Positions 50,702 to 61,745 are shown, counted from the first letter of the stretch. The stretch: DNA of 64,000 nt from Elusimicrobiota bacterium (GCA_027340875.1 DAIENX010000008.1:1-64000), one strand, 5' to 3'. The notes: a model not told the origin generated them from the letters alone. Numbers and translations: made by a program.

Positions 50702-51991
50702 ATGCGAAAAATACTTCTGACCATAACCTTGCTGGCGGCCGCCGCCAGAGCCATGGCCGGTACTTTCACTGCCAAGACCTATATAGAGGCCGCGCTGGCG
50801 GCGTCCCCTTCAATGAAGTCCGCGGAGGAGTCCTTCCGGCAGGCCGAGAACGGCTACAAGACGTCGCTACTCGACGCGGCGCTCCCCTCGCTGACCCTGA
50901 CGCTGGGCGAGACGTTCTATGACGATCAGGACACCAGGCTCAGGGCCTCCAAGACCGACGTGACCTCTTCCCTGTCCGCGTCCTGGAATCTCTACGACTC
51001 GGCTTCCAGCCCGGCTCGCCGCATAAAGACGGCCCGCCTGGACTTCGAGTCCTCGAAGCTGGTCCTGCTGAAGGCCAAGCAGGACGAGGCGCTGAAGGCC
51101 ATGGCACGATTCTATGCGCTCTACTCGGCCCAGCAGCTCACCGTGATAGCGAAGGCCAACCTGGCCTCCCGCGAGCGGCAGTACAAGGACACCAACGAGC
51201 AGTTCAATTCCGGCACGCGCAGCCGCATAGAGGTGACGCAGAGCGAGGGCGACAAGCTGCGTAGCGAGCTTTCCGTAGCCCAGGCCGAGGCGGCAGAGGT
51301 CAAGGCCCTGATGGCTTTCAACGAACTTATCAACGCGGACCCTGAGGCCGCGCAACAGGTCTCGGTGAGCACCGAGGCCCCGGTGATAAAGCTGCCTATG
51401 CCGCGGGAGGACGTGGAGCTCGCGCTGCGGGATAACCTCGCTATCCGCATACAGCGCCTTTCGCTGGAGAAGGTCCGCTTGACCTACAGGACCTCCGTCA
51501 ACTCCGCTTTGCCCAGGCTGAGCCTGGACGCTTCCTGGACTAGGACCGGGCTGGGGGTCCTCGGCATCCCCTCCGGCGCCGGTCAGGGGAACCCGTCGTA
51601 CGCGCTAGGGGCCTCCCTGCGCTTTCCGTTCGGCTTTCTCGGGGCCCAGAACTATCTTAGGACCAGGACGGCCGCCTCGCAGCTGACCTCGTCCGAACTG
51701 AACCTGGAGAACAGCGTCAGGGCCATGAAGACGGCGGTGCTGACATCGCAGAAGGACATAGAGCTGCAGGTGAAGTCCAGGCAGCTGTTGGAGTTCCAGG
51801 TCAAGGCCCAGCGGGATACCACCGATAACCTGTTGAACGAGTACTCGCTGGGAGGCGCATCCTTCCTCCAGCTGGACAGCTCGCAGGCGAAGATGCTGGA
51901 CGCGGGCAATAGCCTGGTGGGGGCGGTCAACGACCTGGACCTGGCGCTGTTCAACTACAGGGCGCTGCTGGGCGAGAGGATATGGGAGTAA
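50702..51991 (+). CDS. TolC-family outer membrane efflux protein
   Basis: Signal peptide; two repeats with LP.L.L strands and long coiled coils; heads an MFP-ABC operon. Confidence 0.82.
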   Translation: MRKILLTITLLAAAARAMAGTFTAKTYIEAALAASPSMKSAEESFRQAENGYKTSLLDAALPSLTLTLGETFYDDQDTRLRASKTDVTSSLSASWNLYDSASSPARRIKTARLDFESSKLVLLKAKQDEALKAMARFYALYSAQQLTVIAKANLASRERQYKDTNEQFNSGTRSRIEVTQSEGDKLRSELSVAQAEAAEVKALMAFNELINADPEAAQQVSVSTEAPVIKLPMPREDVELALRDNLAIRIQRLSLEKVRLTYRTSVNSALPRLSLDASWTRTGLGVLGIPSGAGQGNPSYALGASLRFPFGFLGAQNYLRTRTAASQLTSSELNLENSVRAMKTAVLTSQKDIELQVKSRQLLEFQVKAQRDTTDNLLNEYSLGGASFLQLDSSQAKMLDAGNSLVGAVNDLDLALFNYRALLGERIWE

Positions 51992-52002
51992 CGGAGAGCA
52001 AG

Positions 52003-52919
52003 ATGAAAAATATCGTGAAACATTCCAAGTGGCTGGCCGGCCTCGCGCTTCTGTCGGCGCTGGGCCTGGCGGGCTATGTGCGCTACGAGAGGATGTCGGT
52101 CCGCAGAGACCTCTCGGATTTCATCCGCGAGGCCAGCCGCGGCGACCTGAAGCTGGACCTGCAGGAATCCGGGGAGCTGGTCTCAAGGGATTCGGTGGAC
52201 GTTTTCCCTCCCGGGCGCGGCTTCATAGTCGAGGTGCTTAAGAAGGAGGGCGAGTACGTCGATAAGGGCGAGAAGATACTCATGTTCAAGGGCGGCGAGC
52301 GCATAGACTCCGACCAGTACAAGCCCGTGCCGATAGCGGCCTCGCGCGCAGGCCTGCTGACGCGCTGCATAGACCGCTACGGGAGGACATCCGACGAGGT
52401 GCGCGAGGGGAACCGCGTGGACAACGCCAGCAACTGCGTCATGCGCATAGTCGACATGAATACGCTGGCGGTGAACCTGCAGGTAAGCGAGCTTAATATC
52501 TTCAAGCTTAAGCGCGGCATGCCCGTCTCTTTGACCTTTACCGCCATACCCGGCATGAAGTTCTCCGGCAGGATATACGTGATAGCTCCGATGGCCGAGT
52601 CCAAGAACAGCGGCTGGATGGGCGGCGGCTCCAAGGTCTTCCGCGTAGTTATAAACCTGGAGCACCCGGACAAGCAGCTGCGCGTCGGCATGAGCGCCGT
52701 AGTGACGGCCGACCTGAAGGCCAAGAAGGACGTGCTGAAGGCCCCGATAGAGACGCTGTTCCAGGAGGGGCTGAACTATTATGTCTACCGGCAGAAGAAG
52801 GGTTATGAAGCGGATAAGATACAGGTCTATCCCGGCATGAGGTCCGAGGCCGAGGTGGAACTGGCGGGGCAGGTGAAGCCCGGGGACAAGCTTTTTACCG
52901 TCCTGCCGGAGACGCTTAA

Positions 52920-52923
<4 letters not shown>
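52003..52923 (+). CDS. Periplasmic adaptor (MacA-like MFP), apparently without an alpha-hairpin
   Basis: N-terminal TM, lipoyl halves, VSELNIFKLKRGM.V, LRVGMSA, membrane-proximal domain; alternative start 51982. Confidence 0.75.
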
Positions 52924-53581
<658 letters not shown>

Positions 53582-53585
<4 letters not shown>

Positions 53586-54886
53586 GAGAACTTTTCAACG
53601 CGGCGCGCACCGGCATCACCGAGATCTGGGCCCACAAGACCCGCTCGGCGCTGAGCTTCCTGGCCATAGCGGCCGGCTCCGTGGTGTTCATCGACGCGTC
53701 CTCCGCCATAGTGAACACCTATTCCAGCCTCAGGTCGCAGCGGGAGGTTTCCGGCATCGCGCGCATGAAGGTGTCGGCCAACAGCGCGATGAGCTTCTCG
53801 GACCCGGACGCCGGTTACCGGGAGTCCCCCAAGATAACGTACGACGACGTGCTCGAGCTGAGCAGAAGGATCCCCGGTCTTTACATGGTCTCCCCGGAGG
53901 AGCGCGTCTACTGGAACGTCGTGAGCTACGGGGGCCGGCGTTACATAGCCAGTACCTACGGAGTGACTCCCGACTGGACCAAGCGAGATTTTACCTATAA
54001 GCTGCGCGGCCGCTTCATAAACAAGTACGACATGGAGCATAAGCAGCGCGTCTGCGTGCTTATCCGGAAGGCGCCGCCTCCGCCGCGCAACGACCTGCAG
54101 AAGACCTGGGAGAAGGGGTGGGGGAACATCACCGGTCCTTTCGACAACCTGTTGTCGCACGGCGACATGCTGGGGAAGACTGTGAATATGGGCGGGCTCA
54201 CTTTCACCGTGGTAGGCGTGCTGGACCAGCTGCCGTATTCCGAGCGCCCCGACACCATCCTCGGGTATAACAGGGACTCCCAGGTCCTGGCCCCGCTGAC
54301 TACCCTGGACAGCTACAGCAGCAGCTTCCGCACTGCCGATACGCTGGACGTCAATATAGACACCGGCGACGAGGCCACCTTCGGCGAGACGATGCGGAAG
54401 ATACGGAACTTCTTCAAGATACGCTTCGGCAGCGAGGACGCCTTCCTGCTGGAGGACCAGATGGGCATGATACGCGAGACCATCGCCAAGAGGATCAAGA
54501 ACGCTCTGGTAACGATATCCCTGGGCATGCTGGCCTTCCTGGCCGGCGGCATAGGCATCATGAACGTGACCCTTGCCACCGTGTTCGCCCGCACCAGGGA
54601 GATCGGCATACGGCGGGCCATAGGCGCCAGTCGCAGGGATATCATGCTGCAGTTCATGGTCGAGGCGGTAATGCTCGGTACCATAGGCGGCGTGCTCGGT
54701 TCCGCGCTGGGCTGGCTTTGGGACGGACCGATAAAGGTGATACTGGGGATGGGCGGCAGTCACATAGAGGCCTGGATCCCGCTGGCTTCGGTCCTGATAG
54801 CCGCCTTTACCGCTTTCGCCTTCGCCATCTACCCGGCCTGGGTAGCGGCCAGCCTGAATCCCGCCGACGCGCTGCGCGCGGAATAG
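53582..54886 (+). CDS. MacB/FtsX-type ABC permease
   Basis: HKTRSALS, GGIGIMNV, RTREIGIRRAIGA, YPA..AA.LNPADALRAE. Confidence 0.9.
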
Positions 54887-54887
54887 C

Positions 54888-55394
54888 GTGAAGCCGGTAA
54901 GGTCCTTTCCTCCCTCGGCGGGCCGTTCGGCCCGCATCCTGGTCCTGGGCAGCATGCCGGGCGAGGCCTCTCTGCGCGCCGGGCAGTATTACGCCCACCC
55001 GCGCAACGCCTTCTGGCTGATAATGGAGGATATCTTCGGTCCGGCCGGCCCCGTATACTCCCGCAGGCTCGCCCTGCTGAAGCGCAACGGAGTGGCGTTG
55101 TGGGACGTGCTCGGTTCCTGCGTCAGACCGGGAAGCTCCGACGCCGCAATAAGACGCTCCTCCATCCGGCATAACGATATCGCAGGTTTCCTTTCGGCGC
55201 ATCCAGGGATAGAACGGGTGGTCTTTAACGGCTCCAAGGCGGAGGAATGCTTCAGGCGCCGCGTTCTGCCGGACCTTCCTGTCCGGTTTTCACGTCTGGA
55301 ATACCTGCGCCTGCCTTCCACCAGCCCGGCGTACGCCTCGGTCCCGTACTCGGCCAAGCTGAGCGCCTGGCGCCGGGCCCTGACCCGGGAGTGA
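54888..55394 (+). CDS. DNA-deoxyinosine (hypoxanthine) glycosylase, UDG family 6-like
   Basis: ILVLGSMPGEASL...YYAHPRNAFW, LWDV, SSDAAI, FNG, LPSTSPA. Confidence 0.88.
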   Translation: MKPVRSFPPSAGRSARILVLGSMPGEASLRAGQYYAHPRNAFWLIMEDIFGPAGPVYSRRLALLKRNGVALWDVLGSCVRPGSSDAAIRRSSIRHNDIAGFLSAHPGIERVVFNGSKAEECFRRRVLPDLPVRFSRLEYLRLPSTSPAYASVPYSAKLSAWRRALTRE

Positions 55395-55431
55395 ATTCCG
55401 GGCCGCGGCCGTCAATTTGTATACTGATATC

Positions 55432-56130
55432 ATGCACCTCCTCAAGCGCGTTCTGCCGTTGCTGCTTTCGCTGTCTCTGGGCGGCTGCGGAGCCAAGTTC
55501 TATCTGCTCCAGCTGTTCGGTCCCGACCACCACTACGTCGGCTCCGCCCAGGCCGTGGCCTCCATCCCGGCCCCGCCGGCGCCCGGTTCCCCGCAGGACC
55601 TGGCCGATATAGCCGTCCTCCGCGACTGGCAGACGAAACGCACCGCGGACGACTGCGCGGCCGCCAAGGCGCAGTCACGCGCCGACTATGACGCCTTCTT
55701 CGGCGGGGTCTCCCCGTTCCCGGACCCGCTGCCTGACGAGGCCTCCTCCATACTTTTCTGGGTCTATTATGACGGCTCCAGGGCGGCTTCTGCGGCGAAA
55801 AAGAAGTTCGGCCGGTCGCGGCCTTTTCTGCGCTACCGCGACCTCAAGCCCTGCTTGGGTACCGTATCCGGGCTGGCCTATCCCAGCGGGCATGCCACGG
55901 TCTCCAGGCTGCTAGCGCGCGTACTTTCGGACGTCTACCCGCCAGGAAGGGCGGAGATCATGGCCAGGGCGGACCAGGCCGCCCTTAACAGGGTCATAGG
56001 CGGGGTCCACCACCCATCCGACATCGAGGCCGGCAAGCGCCTTGGCGACGAGCTGTACGCGGAGCTCCTTACTCAGGATTCCTTTCGCGCCGATCTGGAG
56101 AGGCTGAAAAAGCTGGTCGTAAGGAAATAG
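55432..56130 (+). CDS. Class A acid phosphatase / PAP2-family lipoprotein
   Basis: Lipobox-like LGGC; KKKFGRSRP, YPSGH, NRVIGGVHHPSDI. Confidence 0.88.
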   Translation: MHLLKRVLPLLLSLSLGGCGAKFYLLQLFGPDHHYVGSAQAVASIPAPPAPGSPQDLADIAVLRDWQTKRTADDCAAAKAQSRADYDAFFGGVSPFPDPLPDEASSILFWVYYDGSRAASAAKKKFGRSRPFLRYRDLKPCLGTVSGLAYPSGHATVSRLLARVLSDVYPPGRAEIMARADQAALNRVIGGVHHPSDIEAGKRLGDELYAELLTQDSFRADLERLKKLVVRK

Positions 56131-56145
56131 CCCCGGCGGGACGTG

Positions 56146-56181
56146 AAAAAAGCGCGCGGCTAAGCCGCGCGCTTTTCTTTT
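56146..56181. terminator. Bidirectional intrinsic terminator
   Basis: AAAAGCGCGCGGC-taa-GCCGCGCGCTTTT. Confidence 0.8.
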
Positions 56182-56198
56182 GCCGCCCGATCGGGGGG

Positions 56199-56360
56199 TC
56201 AGCTCTCCGGCTCGAATTCCTCCTTGCCGGCGCCGCAGACGGGGCAGACCCACGTCTCCGGAAGCTTGTCGAACTCCGTGCCGGCGGGGACATTGTTGTC
56301 CGGGTCGCCGACAGCCGGGTCATAGACGTAGCCGCAGAGCTTGCACACGTATTTCTTCAT
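56199..56360 (-). CDS. Rubredoxin (53 aa; not in the ORF track)
   Basis: Manual translation [62 protein letters not shown]. Confidence 0.95.
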   Translation of the reverse strand: MKKYVCKLCGYVYDPAVGDPDNNVPAGTEFDKLPETWVCPVCGAGKEEFEPES

Positions 56361-56396
56361 TTATCCTCCTGGGATCTTTTCGATCTTGTTCCCGGC

Positions 56397-56777
56397 TCAG
56401 GCCTTCCAGAGCCCGTGCAGGTTGCAGTATTCCCTGGCCACGAGGGTTTTGGGGGTGAAGCACAGGCAGAACACGGCCTCCGGGGCCATGCCCGGCTTCA
56501 GGTATTCGCGGAATATCTTGCCGTCGGCGATCAGCTCTATCCACTCGATGAAATGTTTCTCTTCCATCGGGTGGGCTACGGAGCCTACCTTTACTTTTAC
56601 TCCCTTCTCGGTCTTCTCTATGACCGGGACGTGCTTCTCTTTCGCGGCATCCACCGTGTTCTCCGCGAAGCGCTTCATCTCCTTGCCGCAGCAGACCAGC
56701 GCCCCAGCGCCGCCGTGCAGTACTTCAACGATGTTGCCGCAAAGCTCGCATTTGTAGACCTGCATCCTTTCTATCAT
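56397..56777 (-). CDS. dfx: Desulfoferrodoxin (2Fe superoxide reductase)
   Basis: [10 protein letters not shown]...[29 protein letters not shown]. Confidence 0.93.
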   Translation of the reverse strand: MIERMQVYKCELCGNIVEVLHGGAGALVCCGKEMKRFAENTVDAAKEKHVPVIEKTEKGVKVKVGSVAHPMEEKHFIEWIELIADGKIFREYLKPGMAPEAVFCLCFTPKTLVAREYCNLHGLWKA

Positions 56778-56811
56778 GGCATTATCCTCCGTGTTGGGTT
56801 TTAGGCGCCGC

Positions 56812-57357
56812 TCAGACCAGCGCCTTGAGTGCGGTCAGCACCTCTTCGTAATTCGGCTCCTGCGCCACCTCCGGCACGAGCTGGGCGTACTTGACCAGTC
56901 CGTCCTTGTCCACGATGTAGACGGCCCTGGCCAGCAGGCGCAGGTCCTTGATCAGGAGGCCCCAGCCCTTGCCGAAATCCGCCTTCTGGTAGTCCGAGAA
57001 GGTCCTGACCGCCTTTACTCCGGCGGCTCCGCACCAGCGCTTCTGGGCGAACGGCAGGTCCATGCTGACCACTATGACGCCGACGTCGGGGCCGAGGGCT
57101 TCGGCTTCCTTGTTGAACCGGCGGGTCTCCAGGTCGCAGACGGGGGTGTCGAGGGAGGGGACCGAGATCACCACCGTGACCCTTCCGCCGTAGGTGCGGG
57201 AGAACTTCATCGGCAGCATGTCGTTGTCCGTCACCTTGAAGTCGGGGGCCGGCGCTCCGACCTTTATCTCCTCCCCGACGAGCGCCATCGGGCGTCCCTT
57301 CATCGTGACGGTACGCTTCACGGCCTCTTTAGTGGATTCTTCGTTGTTCTCTTCCAT
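56812..57357 (-). CDS. tpx: Thiol peroxidase (atypical 2-Cys peroxiredoxin)
   Basis: [32 protein letters not shown]. Confidence 0.93.
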   Translation of the reverse strand: MEENNEESTKEAVKRTVTMKGRPMALVGEEIKVGAPAPDFKVTDNDMLPMKFSRTYGGRVTVVISVPSLDTPVCDLETRRFNKEAEALGPDVGVIVVSMDLPFAQKRWCGAAGVKAVRTFSDYQKADFGKGWGLLIKDLRLLARAVYIVDKDGLVKYAQLVPEVAQEPNYEEVLTALKALV

Positions 57358-57374
57358 GGTCCCTCCTTCCTTGA

Positions 57375-57947
57375 TTACCAGTTCTCGGCCAGCAGCTCGA
57401 AGTGCGCCTTCGGGTGCGCGCAGGCCGGGCAGTTCTCCGGGGCTGAGTCGCCCTCGTGGGTGTAGCCGCAGTTATGGCAGCGCCAGACCACCTTCCTGTC
57501 CTTCCTGAACACCTTGCCCTCCTGAACGTTCTTCAGGAAAGCGAGGTAGCGGGTCTCGTGGTATTTCTCCGCCACCGATATGGACTCGAAGGTCCTGGCC
57601 ACCGGCTCGAAGCCCTCCTCGCGGGCGGTCTTCGCGAAATCCTGGTAAAGCGTGGTCCATTCCATGTGCTCGCCGGCCGCCGCGGCCTTCAGGTTGGCGG
57701 CGGTGTCGCCTATGGTGCCGGCCGGATAGCTGGCGGTTATCGTCACGTCGCCGCCCTCGAGGAATTTGAAGAAGCGCTTGGCGTGCTCTTTCTCGTGGCC
57801 TGCGGTCTCCTCGAAAGCGTTAGATATCTGCACGTAGCCCTCTTTCTTCGCGGCCGCGGCGAAGTAAGTATAGCGTTTGCGCGCCTGCGATTCCCCCGCG
57901 AAGGCGGCAAGAAGATTCTTCTCGGTCTTGGAACCTTTGAGATTCAT
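57375..57947 (-). CDS. rbr: Rubrerythrin
   Basis: TEKNLLAAFAGESQA, EKEHAKRF, EKYHE, C-terminal WRCHNCGY...CPACAHP. Confidence 0.95.
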   Translation of the reverse strand: MNLKGSKTEKNLLAAFAGESQARKRYTYFAAAAKKEGYVQISNAFEETAGHEKEHAKRFFKFLEGGDVTITASYPAGTIGDTAANLKAAAAGEHMEWTTLYQDFAKTAREEGFEPVARTFESISVAEKYHETRYLAFLKNVQEGKVFRKDRKVVWRCHNCGYTHEGDSAPENCPACAHPKAHFELLAENW

Positions 57948-58028
57948 GACTTCCTCCTGTATCTATGTAGCACGAACTGCCGGTACCCAACCGGCAGCTG
58001 AGAGAGAGCTAATATTCTACTAAAAATC

Positions 58029-58784
58029 TCAGGTGTTGTTGCCCCGTATGCCGGCGCGCGTGAGAGCGAAGTCGTACTTGACCGGGTCGGACGGCTCTAT
58101 GCTGCTGAAATAGGCGGTTATCTCGGCTGCCGTCCTCATCGAAGTGTCCTTCCTGCGGGTTATCCCCATGCCCATCGAGACCTGGCGCATATGGGTGTCG
58201 AGGGGGATTATCAGCTTGGAGGGGGAAACCCCGGTCCAGACGCCGGGGTCCACGGAGTCCTTCCGTATCATCCACCGCAGGAAGAGGTTCACCCTCTTGA
58301 ATGAGCTTTTATGCTCCGGGCAGGGGGTGAGCGTGGGAGCGCAGGCTTTGCGGTTGAAGGCGTTGATGAAACGGTAAAGGGCCTCTTCCACGTTCGGCTC
58401 ATCGGGCCGGTAGCCCTTGAGAAAAAGCTTTTCCAGGGAGCCGTGCGAGGTCAGCGCTTCCTTTATGTTGAGCAGGAACACCGCCATCTCCTCGCCGGTG
58501 GTGAAGCGGTGCTTGAAGCCGGAAAGGGCCTTCGTGATCGCGGCCGGGGGGGTGTTCTTTATCCACGCCGCAGGGGAGTTCCCCATGGGGGACAAGACCT
58601 TCTCCACGCTCTTGAGTATCTGGTTGACGTTGCCGTAGGCCAGGCAGGCGGCTATCAGGCCCACTACCTCGCGGTCCGCCGCGCTCCTGTAGCGCCAGAC
58701 GAACTCCAGCGGGTCCGGGTGTATGTATTCCGGCCGGTTCATCTCCCGGTAGATCTTCTCCAGGTATTTCCGTGAGGGAGGCAT
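58029..58784 (-). CDS. TIGR02757/DUF2400-family protein
   Basis: DPLEF, LAYGNV, FKHRF, KRVNLFLRWMIR, DPGVW, PLDTH, DPVKYDFAL. Confidence 0.88.
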   Translation of the reverse strand: MPPSRKYLEKIYREMNRPEYIHPDPLEFVWRYRSAADREVVGLIAACLAYGNVNQILKSVEKVLSPMGNSPAAWIKNTPPAAITKALSGFKHRFTTGEEMAVFLLNIKEALTSHGSLEKLFLKGYRPDEPNVEEALYRFINAFNRKACAPTLTPCPEHKSSFKRVNLFLRWMIRKDSVDPGVWTGVSPSKLIIPLDTHMRQVSMGMGITRRKDTSMRTAAEITAYFSSIEPSDPVKYDFALTRAGIRGNNT

Positions 58785-58853
58785 GGGATAATTATAGCGA
58801 AAAGCAGCCGGGCAGAGGCTCTCTCCTTCCTCCGCCCGGCCTTTCCGATCCTG

Positions 58854-59270
58854 TCAGTTCCTTTCTTTAGCCGGCCTGGTGAAACTGCTTATCCGGGTCT
58901 TCAGCACCGCCTCGAAGCGCCTGTTGGTCTCGTTCAGGAAGCCCCTGAAAGGGCAACGGGTCCTTTTGCAGTGCTTCGAGCCCATCAGGCAGTTGGCGTA
59001 TTCGGCCTTGCCTTCGATGGCGTCGACCACGTCGCCTACGGTGGCGGCGCCGCCCCTGGTGGTCAGCCTGAAGCCGCCTTTCGGGCCGCGCACCGGGGCC
59101 ACCAGGCCGCTCCTGGTAAGGCGCTGCATCACCTTGGCCAGGTGGTTGTAGGAGACCCCCAGCTCTTCGGCGATGTCGGGCGTGGTCCTCAGCCCCTCGC
59201 TCTCCGCTATCACTTCCACGGCGTGCAGCCCCAGTATGGCGGCTTCGGACATGTTCAGCAGCAGTTTCAT
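58854..59270 (-). CDS. Rrf2-family transcriptional regulator with three Cys
   Basis: IAEELGVS..HLAKVMQRL..SGLV...RGPKGGF, DVVDAIEG, CLMGSKHCKRTRC. Confidence 0.9.
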   Translation of the reverse strand: MKLLLNMSEAAILGLHAVEVIAESEGLRTTPDIAEELGVSYNHLAKVMQRLTRSGLVAPVRGPKGGFRLTTRGGAATVGDVVDAIEGKAEYANCLMGSKHCKRTRCPFRGFLNETNRRFEAVLKTRISSFTRPAKERN

Positions 59271-59284
59271 CGGGTTCCAGTCCT

Positions 59285-61549
59285 TTATATAGGCCGGCAG
59301 GACCCCGCTTTGTAGACTTCCTGGTCCTCGGCGCAGTGTATCGGCCTTATTTTAGCATAGGTCTTGAGCAGGAACCAGAACAGCAGCACCGCGCCGATGA
59401 TGACCATCGTGTCCGGGATCGCGCGCAGCTCCAGCAGTTTCTCTATGACGGGGATGCTGTAGAACGACGCGCTCCTGGCGGCCCAGACGCCGTGCTTGTA
59501 GGCCAGCGCCGTCTGCGCGAGGCCCACCGGCAGCAGCGTTATCGCGCACATAAGGGCAAGTCCGGAGTTCAGCAGCCAGAAGGTCCACGACAGCAGCTTG
59601 CCGTCCCAGGCCTCGTCGCTGACGAGCGAGCGCCAGGAGAACAGCAGGATGGCCAGCGACAGCATGCCGTACACGCCGAACAGCGCGGCATGGCCGTGGT
59701 TGGCCGTCAGGTACGTGCCGTGCTCGAAGTAGTTCACCACCGGCAGGTTGATCGTGAAGCCGAACACGCCGGCCCCCACGAAGTTCCAGAAGCTGGAGGC
59801 GGTGATGAACAGCAGCGGCCACCGGTACGGGAACTGGCGCCCGGAGTCCTGGATGGCCTTGTACTCCATCCACGCCCGGACCACCAGCAGGATCAGCGGT
59901 ATGGGCTCCAGCGAGGAGAAGACCGACCCCAGCGCCAGCCAGTAGGACGGGCCGCCGTACCAGTAGTAATGGTGCGCGGTGCCGATGATGCCGCTGGCGA
60001 AGACCAGCGTGGCCGTGAAGTAGGCCACCTTCATCGCCTCCTTTTTGTCGGCCAGGCCGAGCATCACCAGGAACATCGAGATCACGGCCACGCCGAAGAA
60101 CTCGAAGATGCCCTCTACCCACAGGTGCACCACGAACCAGCGCCAGTAGTCGGCCACGGTCAGGTGGGTGCCCTTGCCGTAGAACAGGCCGAAGCCGAAG
60201 AAGCCCACCACCATGATGGCGCTCAGCACGTAGAAGGCCACCACGCCGCTCTCGTCGGCCTTGGGCCCGTAGAGGCGGTCCTTAAGTCCGCGGTACACGA
60301 TCAGCAGCCAGGCTATCAGGCCGACGAACAGCAGTATCTGCCAGAAGCGGCCCATCTCCAGGTATTCCCAGCCCTGGTGGCCGAACCAGAACCAGGCCTT
60401 CTCGCTGAAATAGCCGTTTATCCCGAGGGCCGTGCCAGCCAGGCTGCCGACGGCCACTATAAGCACGGCTCCGAAAAGCAGGTTGACCAGCGTACCCTGC
60501 CCGCGCGGCTCCCTGCCGCTTATGACCGGGGCCAGGTAGATGGAGGCGCCTATCCAGGTGGCCGCTATCCAGAGTATAGCCAGCTGCAGATGCCAGCTCT
60601 TCGCGAGGCTGTAGGGGACCAGCTTCGCCACGATAGCGGGGTAGAAGCTGGCCGGGCTGGTGGTGTAATGGGCCAGCAGGCCGCCCATCAGCGTCTGCAC
60701 TATGAAGAGAAGAGAGACCACGAGGAAGAACTTGGCCGCCTTCACCTGGCTGGAGGTCAGCGGCAGCTCGGTCAGGGCCTTGGCTATGGCCTCGCTCTTG
60801 GTCTCGCCGTAGAAAAGGTGGTACCGGTGCACGACGTAGATGACCAGGCCCAGGACCAGGAACAGCCCTATGACGGAGATCACGCTCCAGATGAAGGAGC
60901 CGTCGGACATAGTGTTGCCTACGCTGGCGTCGGGAGGCCAGTTGTTGGTGTAGGTGATGTCCTCGCCGGGCCTGTCGGTGCCGGCCACCCAGGCCGTCCA
61001 GAAGAAGAACTTGCTGATGGCCGAGGCTTCGGCCTCGGTCTTGACCGTATCCGGCAGGAAGCCGTAGCCCTTATCGCCGTTCCGGAGCATGCCGCTCCAG
61101 TGTTCGGTGACCTTCTGCAGGGCGTAGGCCCTGGCGGGGGAGACCAGCAGGGTGCGGGAGGACGGGTCGTAGGTGTTGGCCTTTATCTCCTTTATTACGG
61201 CGGCGTCCACGGAAGCCTTCTGCTCCGCCGGCAGGGCCTCGTAGGCGGAGCCGTACTTGCCCGCGTAGAAGTCCCGCATGTAGACGCCGGTCAGGTGCAG
61301 CGTCTCGGCCGAGAACTCCGGCCCGCGCAGCGTGCCGTGGCCCCAGACGCTGCCGTGGTCCATCAGGCCGTACTTCTGGTAGACGCCCTGTCCTTCCAGG
61401 ATATCCCCGCCGGTGGCCAGCGTGGCCTCCCCGGAAACTATCCTGTCAGGGTAGGGGGCGAGCTTGCGCATGGCGAAGTAGCCTCCGCCGAGAAGCGTAA
61501 GCATCGAAAGCACGAAGCTTGCGACGGCTAATCTTTTTAATCCTTGCAT
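59285..61549 (-). CDS. norZ: Quinol-dependent nitric oxide reductase (qNor)
   Basis: GSVWGHG, YTNNWP, WHLQ, QGWEYLEMGR, WFVVHLWVEGIFE, GTAHHYYW, FSSLEP, HGHAALFGVYG; start MQGLKR after a strong RBS. Confidence 0.92.
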   Translation of the reverse strand: MQGLKRLAVASFVLSMLTLLGGGYFAMRKLAPYPDRIVSGEATLATGGDILEGQGVYQKYGLMDHGSVWGHGTLRGPEFSAETLHLTGVYMRDFYAGKYGSAYEALPAEQKASVDAAVIKEIKANTYDPSSRTLLVSPARAYALQKVTEHWSGMLRNGDKGYGFLPDTVKTEAEASAISKFFFWTAWVAGTDRPGEDITYTNNWPPDASVGNTMSDGSFIWSVISVIGLFLVLGLVIYVVHRYHLFYGETKSEAIAKALTELPLTSSQVKAAKFFLVVSLLFIVQTLMGGLLAHYTTSPASFYPAIVAKLVPYSLAKSWHLQLAILWIAATWIGASIYLAPVISGREPRGQGTLVNLLFGAVLIVAVGSLAGTALGINGYFSEKAWFWFGHQGWEYLEMGRFWQILLFVGLIAWLLIVYRGLKDRLYGPKADESGVVAFYVLSAIMVVGFFGFGLFYGKGTHLTVADYWRWFVVHLWVEGIFEFFGVAVISMFLVMLGLADKKEAMKVAYFTATLVFASGIIGTAHHYYWYGGPSYWLALGSVFSSLEPIPLILLVVRAWMEYKAIQDSGRQFPYRWPLLFITASSFWNFVGAGVFGFTINLPVVNYFEHGTYLTANHGHAALFGVYGMLSLAILLFSWRSLVSDEAWDGKLLSWTFWLLNSGLALMCAITLLPVGLAQTALAYKHGVWAARSASFYSIPVIEKLLELRAIPDTMVIIGAVLLFWFLLKTYAKIRPIHCAEDQEVYKAGSCRPI

Positions 61550-61573
61550 GTTCCTCTCCTTCCTAATTAGATA

Positions 61574-61612
61574 ACAGGTACTAGAATACCAGAATAGCGC
61601 GGCGGCTGTCAA
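61574..61612 (-). promoter_or_regulatory. qnor-rrf2 promoter with candidate Rrf2 operator over the -10
   Basis: Minus strand TTGACA-N18-TATTCT (TGn extended); imperfect palindrome CTGGTA-TTCTAG-TACCTG overlaps the -10. Confidence 0.55.
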
Positions 61613-61676
61613 GCGCGCGTCGGAAACAGGATGCCGCCCCGTTATGGCCCGCACCGACGGGAGGGGATGCCAGGAT

Positions 61677-61705
61677 TTGTGCCGTGGAACTTAAAATCGT
61701 AGAAT
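61677..61705 (+). promoter_or_regulatory. Candidate sigma70 promoter of purE
   Basis: TTGTGC-N17-TAGAAT. Confidence 0.45.
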
Positions 61706-61745
61706 ATCTGCGTAGTACTACCCACTTTCCAGTTGCGAGGTGCTT

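Noticed and set aside
59285..61549. NO dismutase (Nod) or heme-copper oxidase
   Set aside because: Canonical qNor motifs HLWVEG..E, HH and HGH are intact.
61550..61745. ZTP, purine or PRPP riboswitch ahead of purE
   Set aside because: No consensus aptamer elements recognised, and the predicted leader is short.
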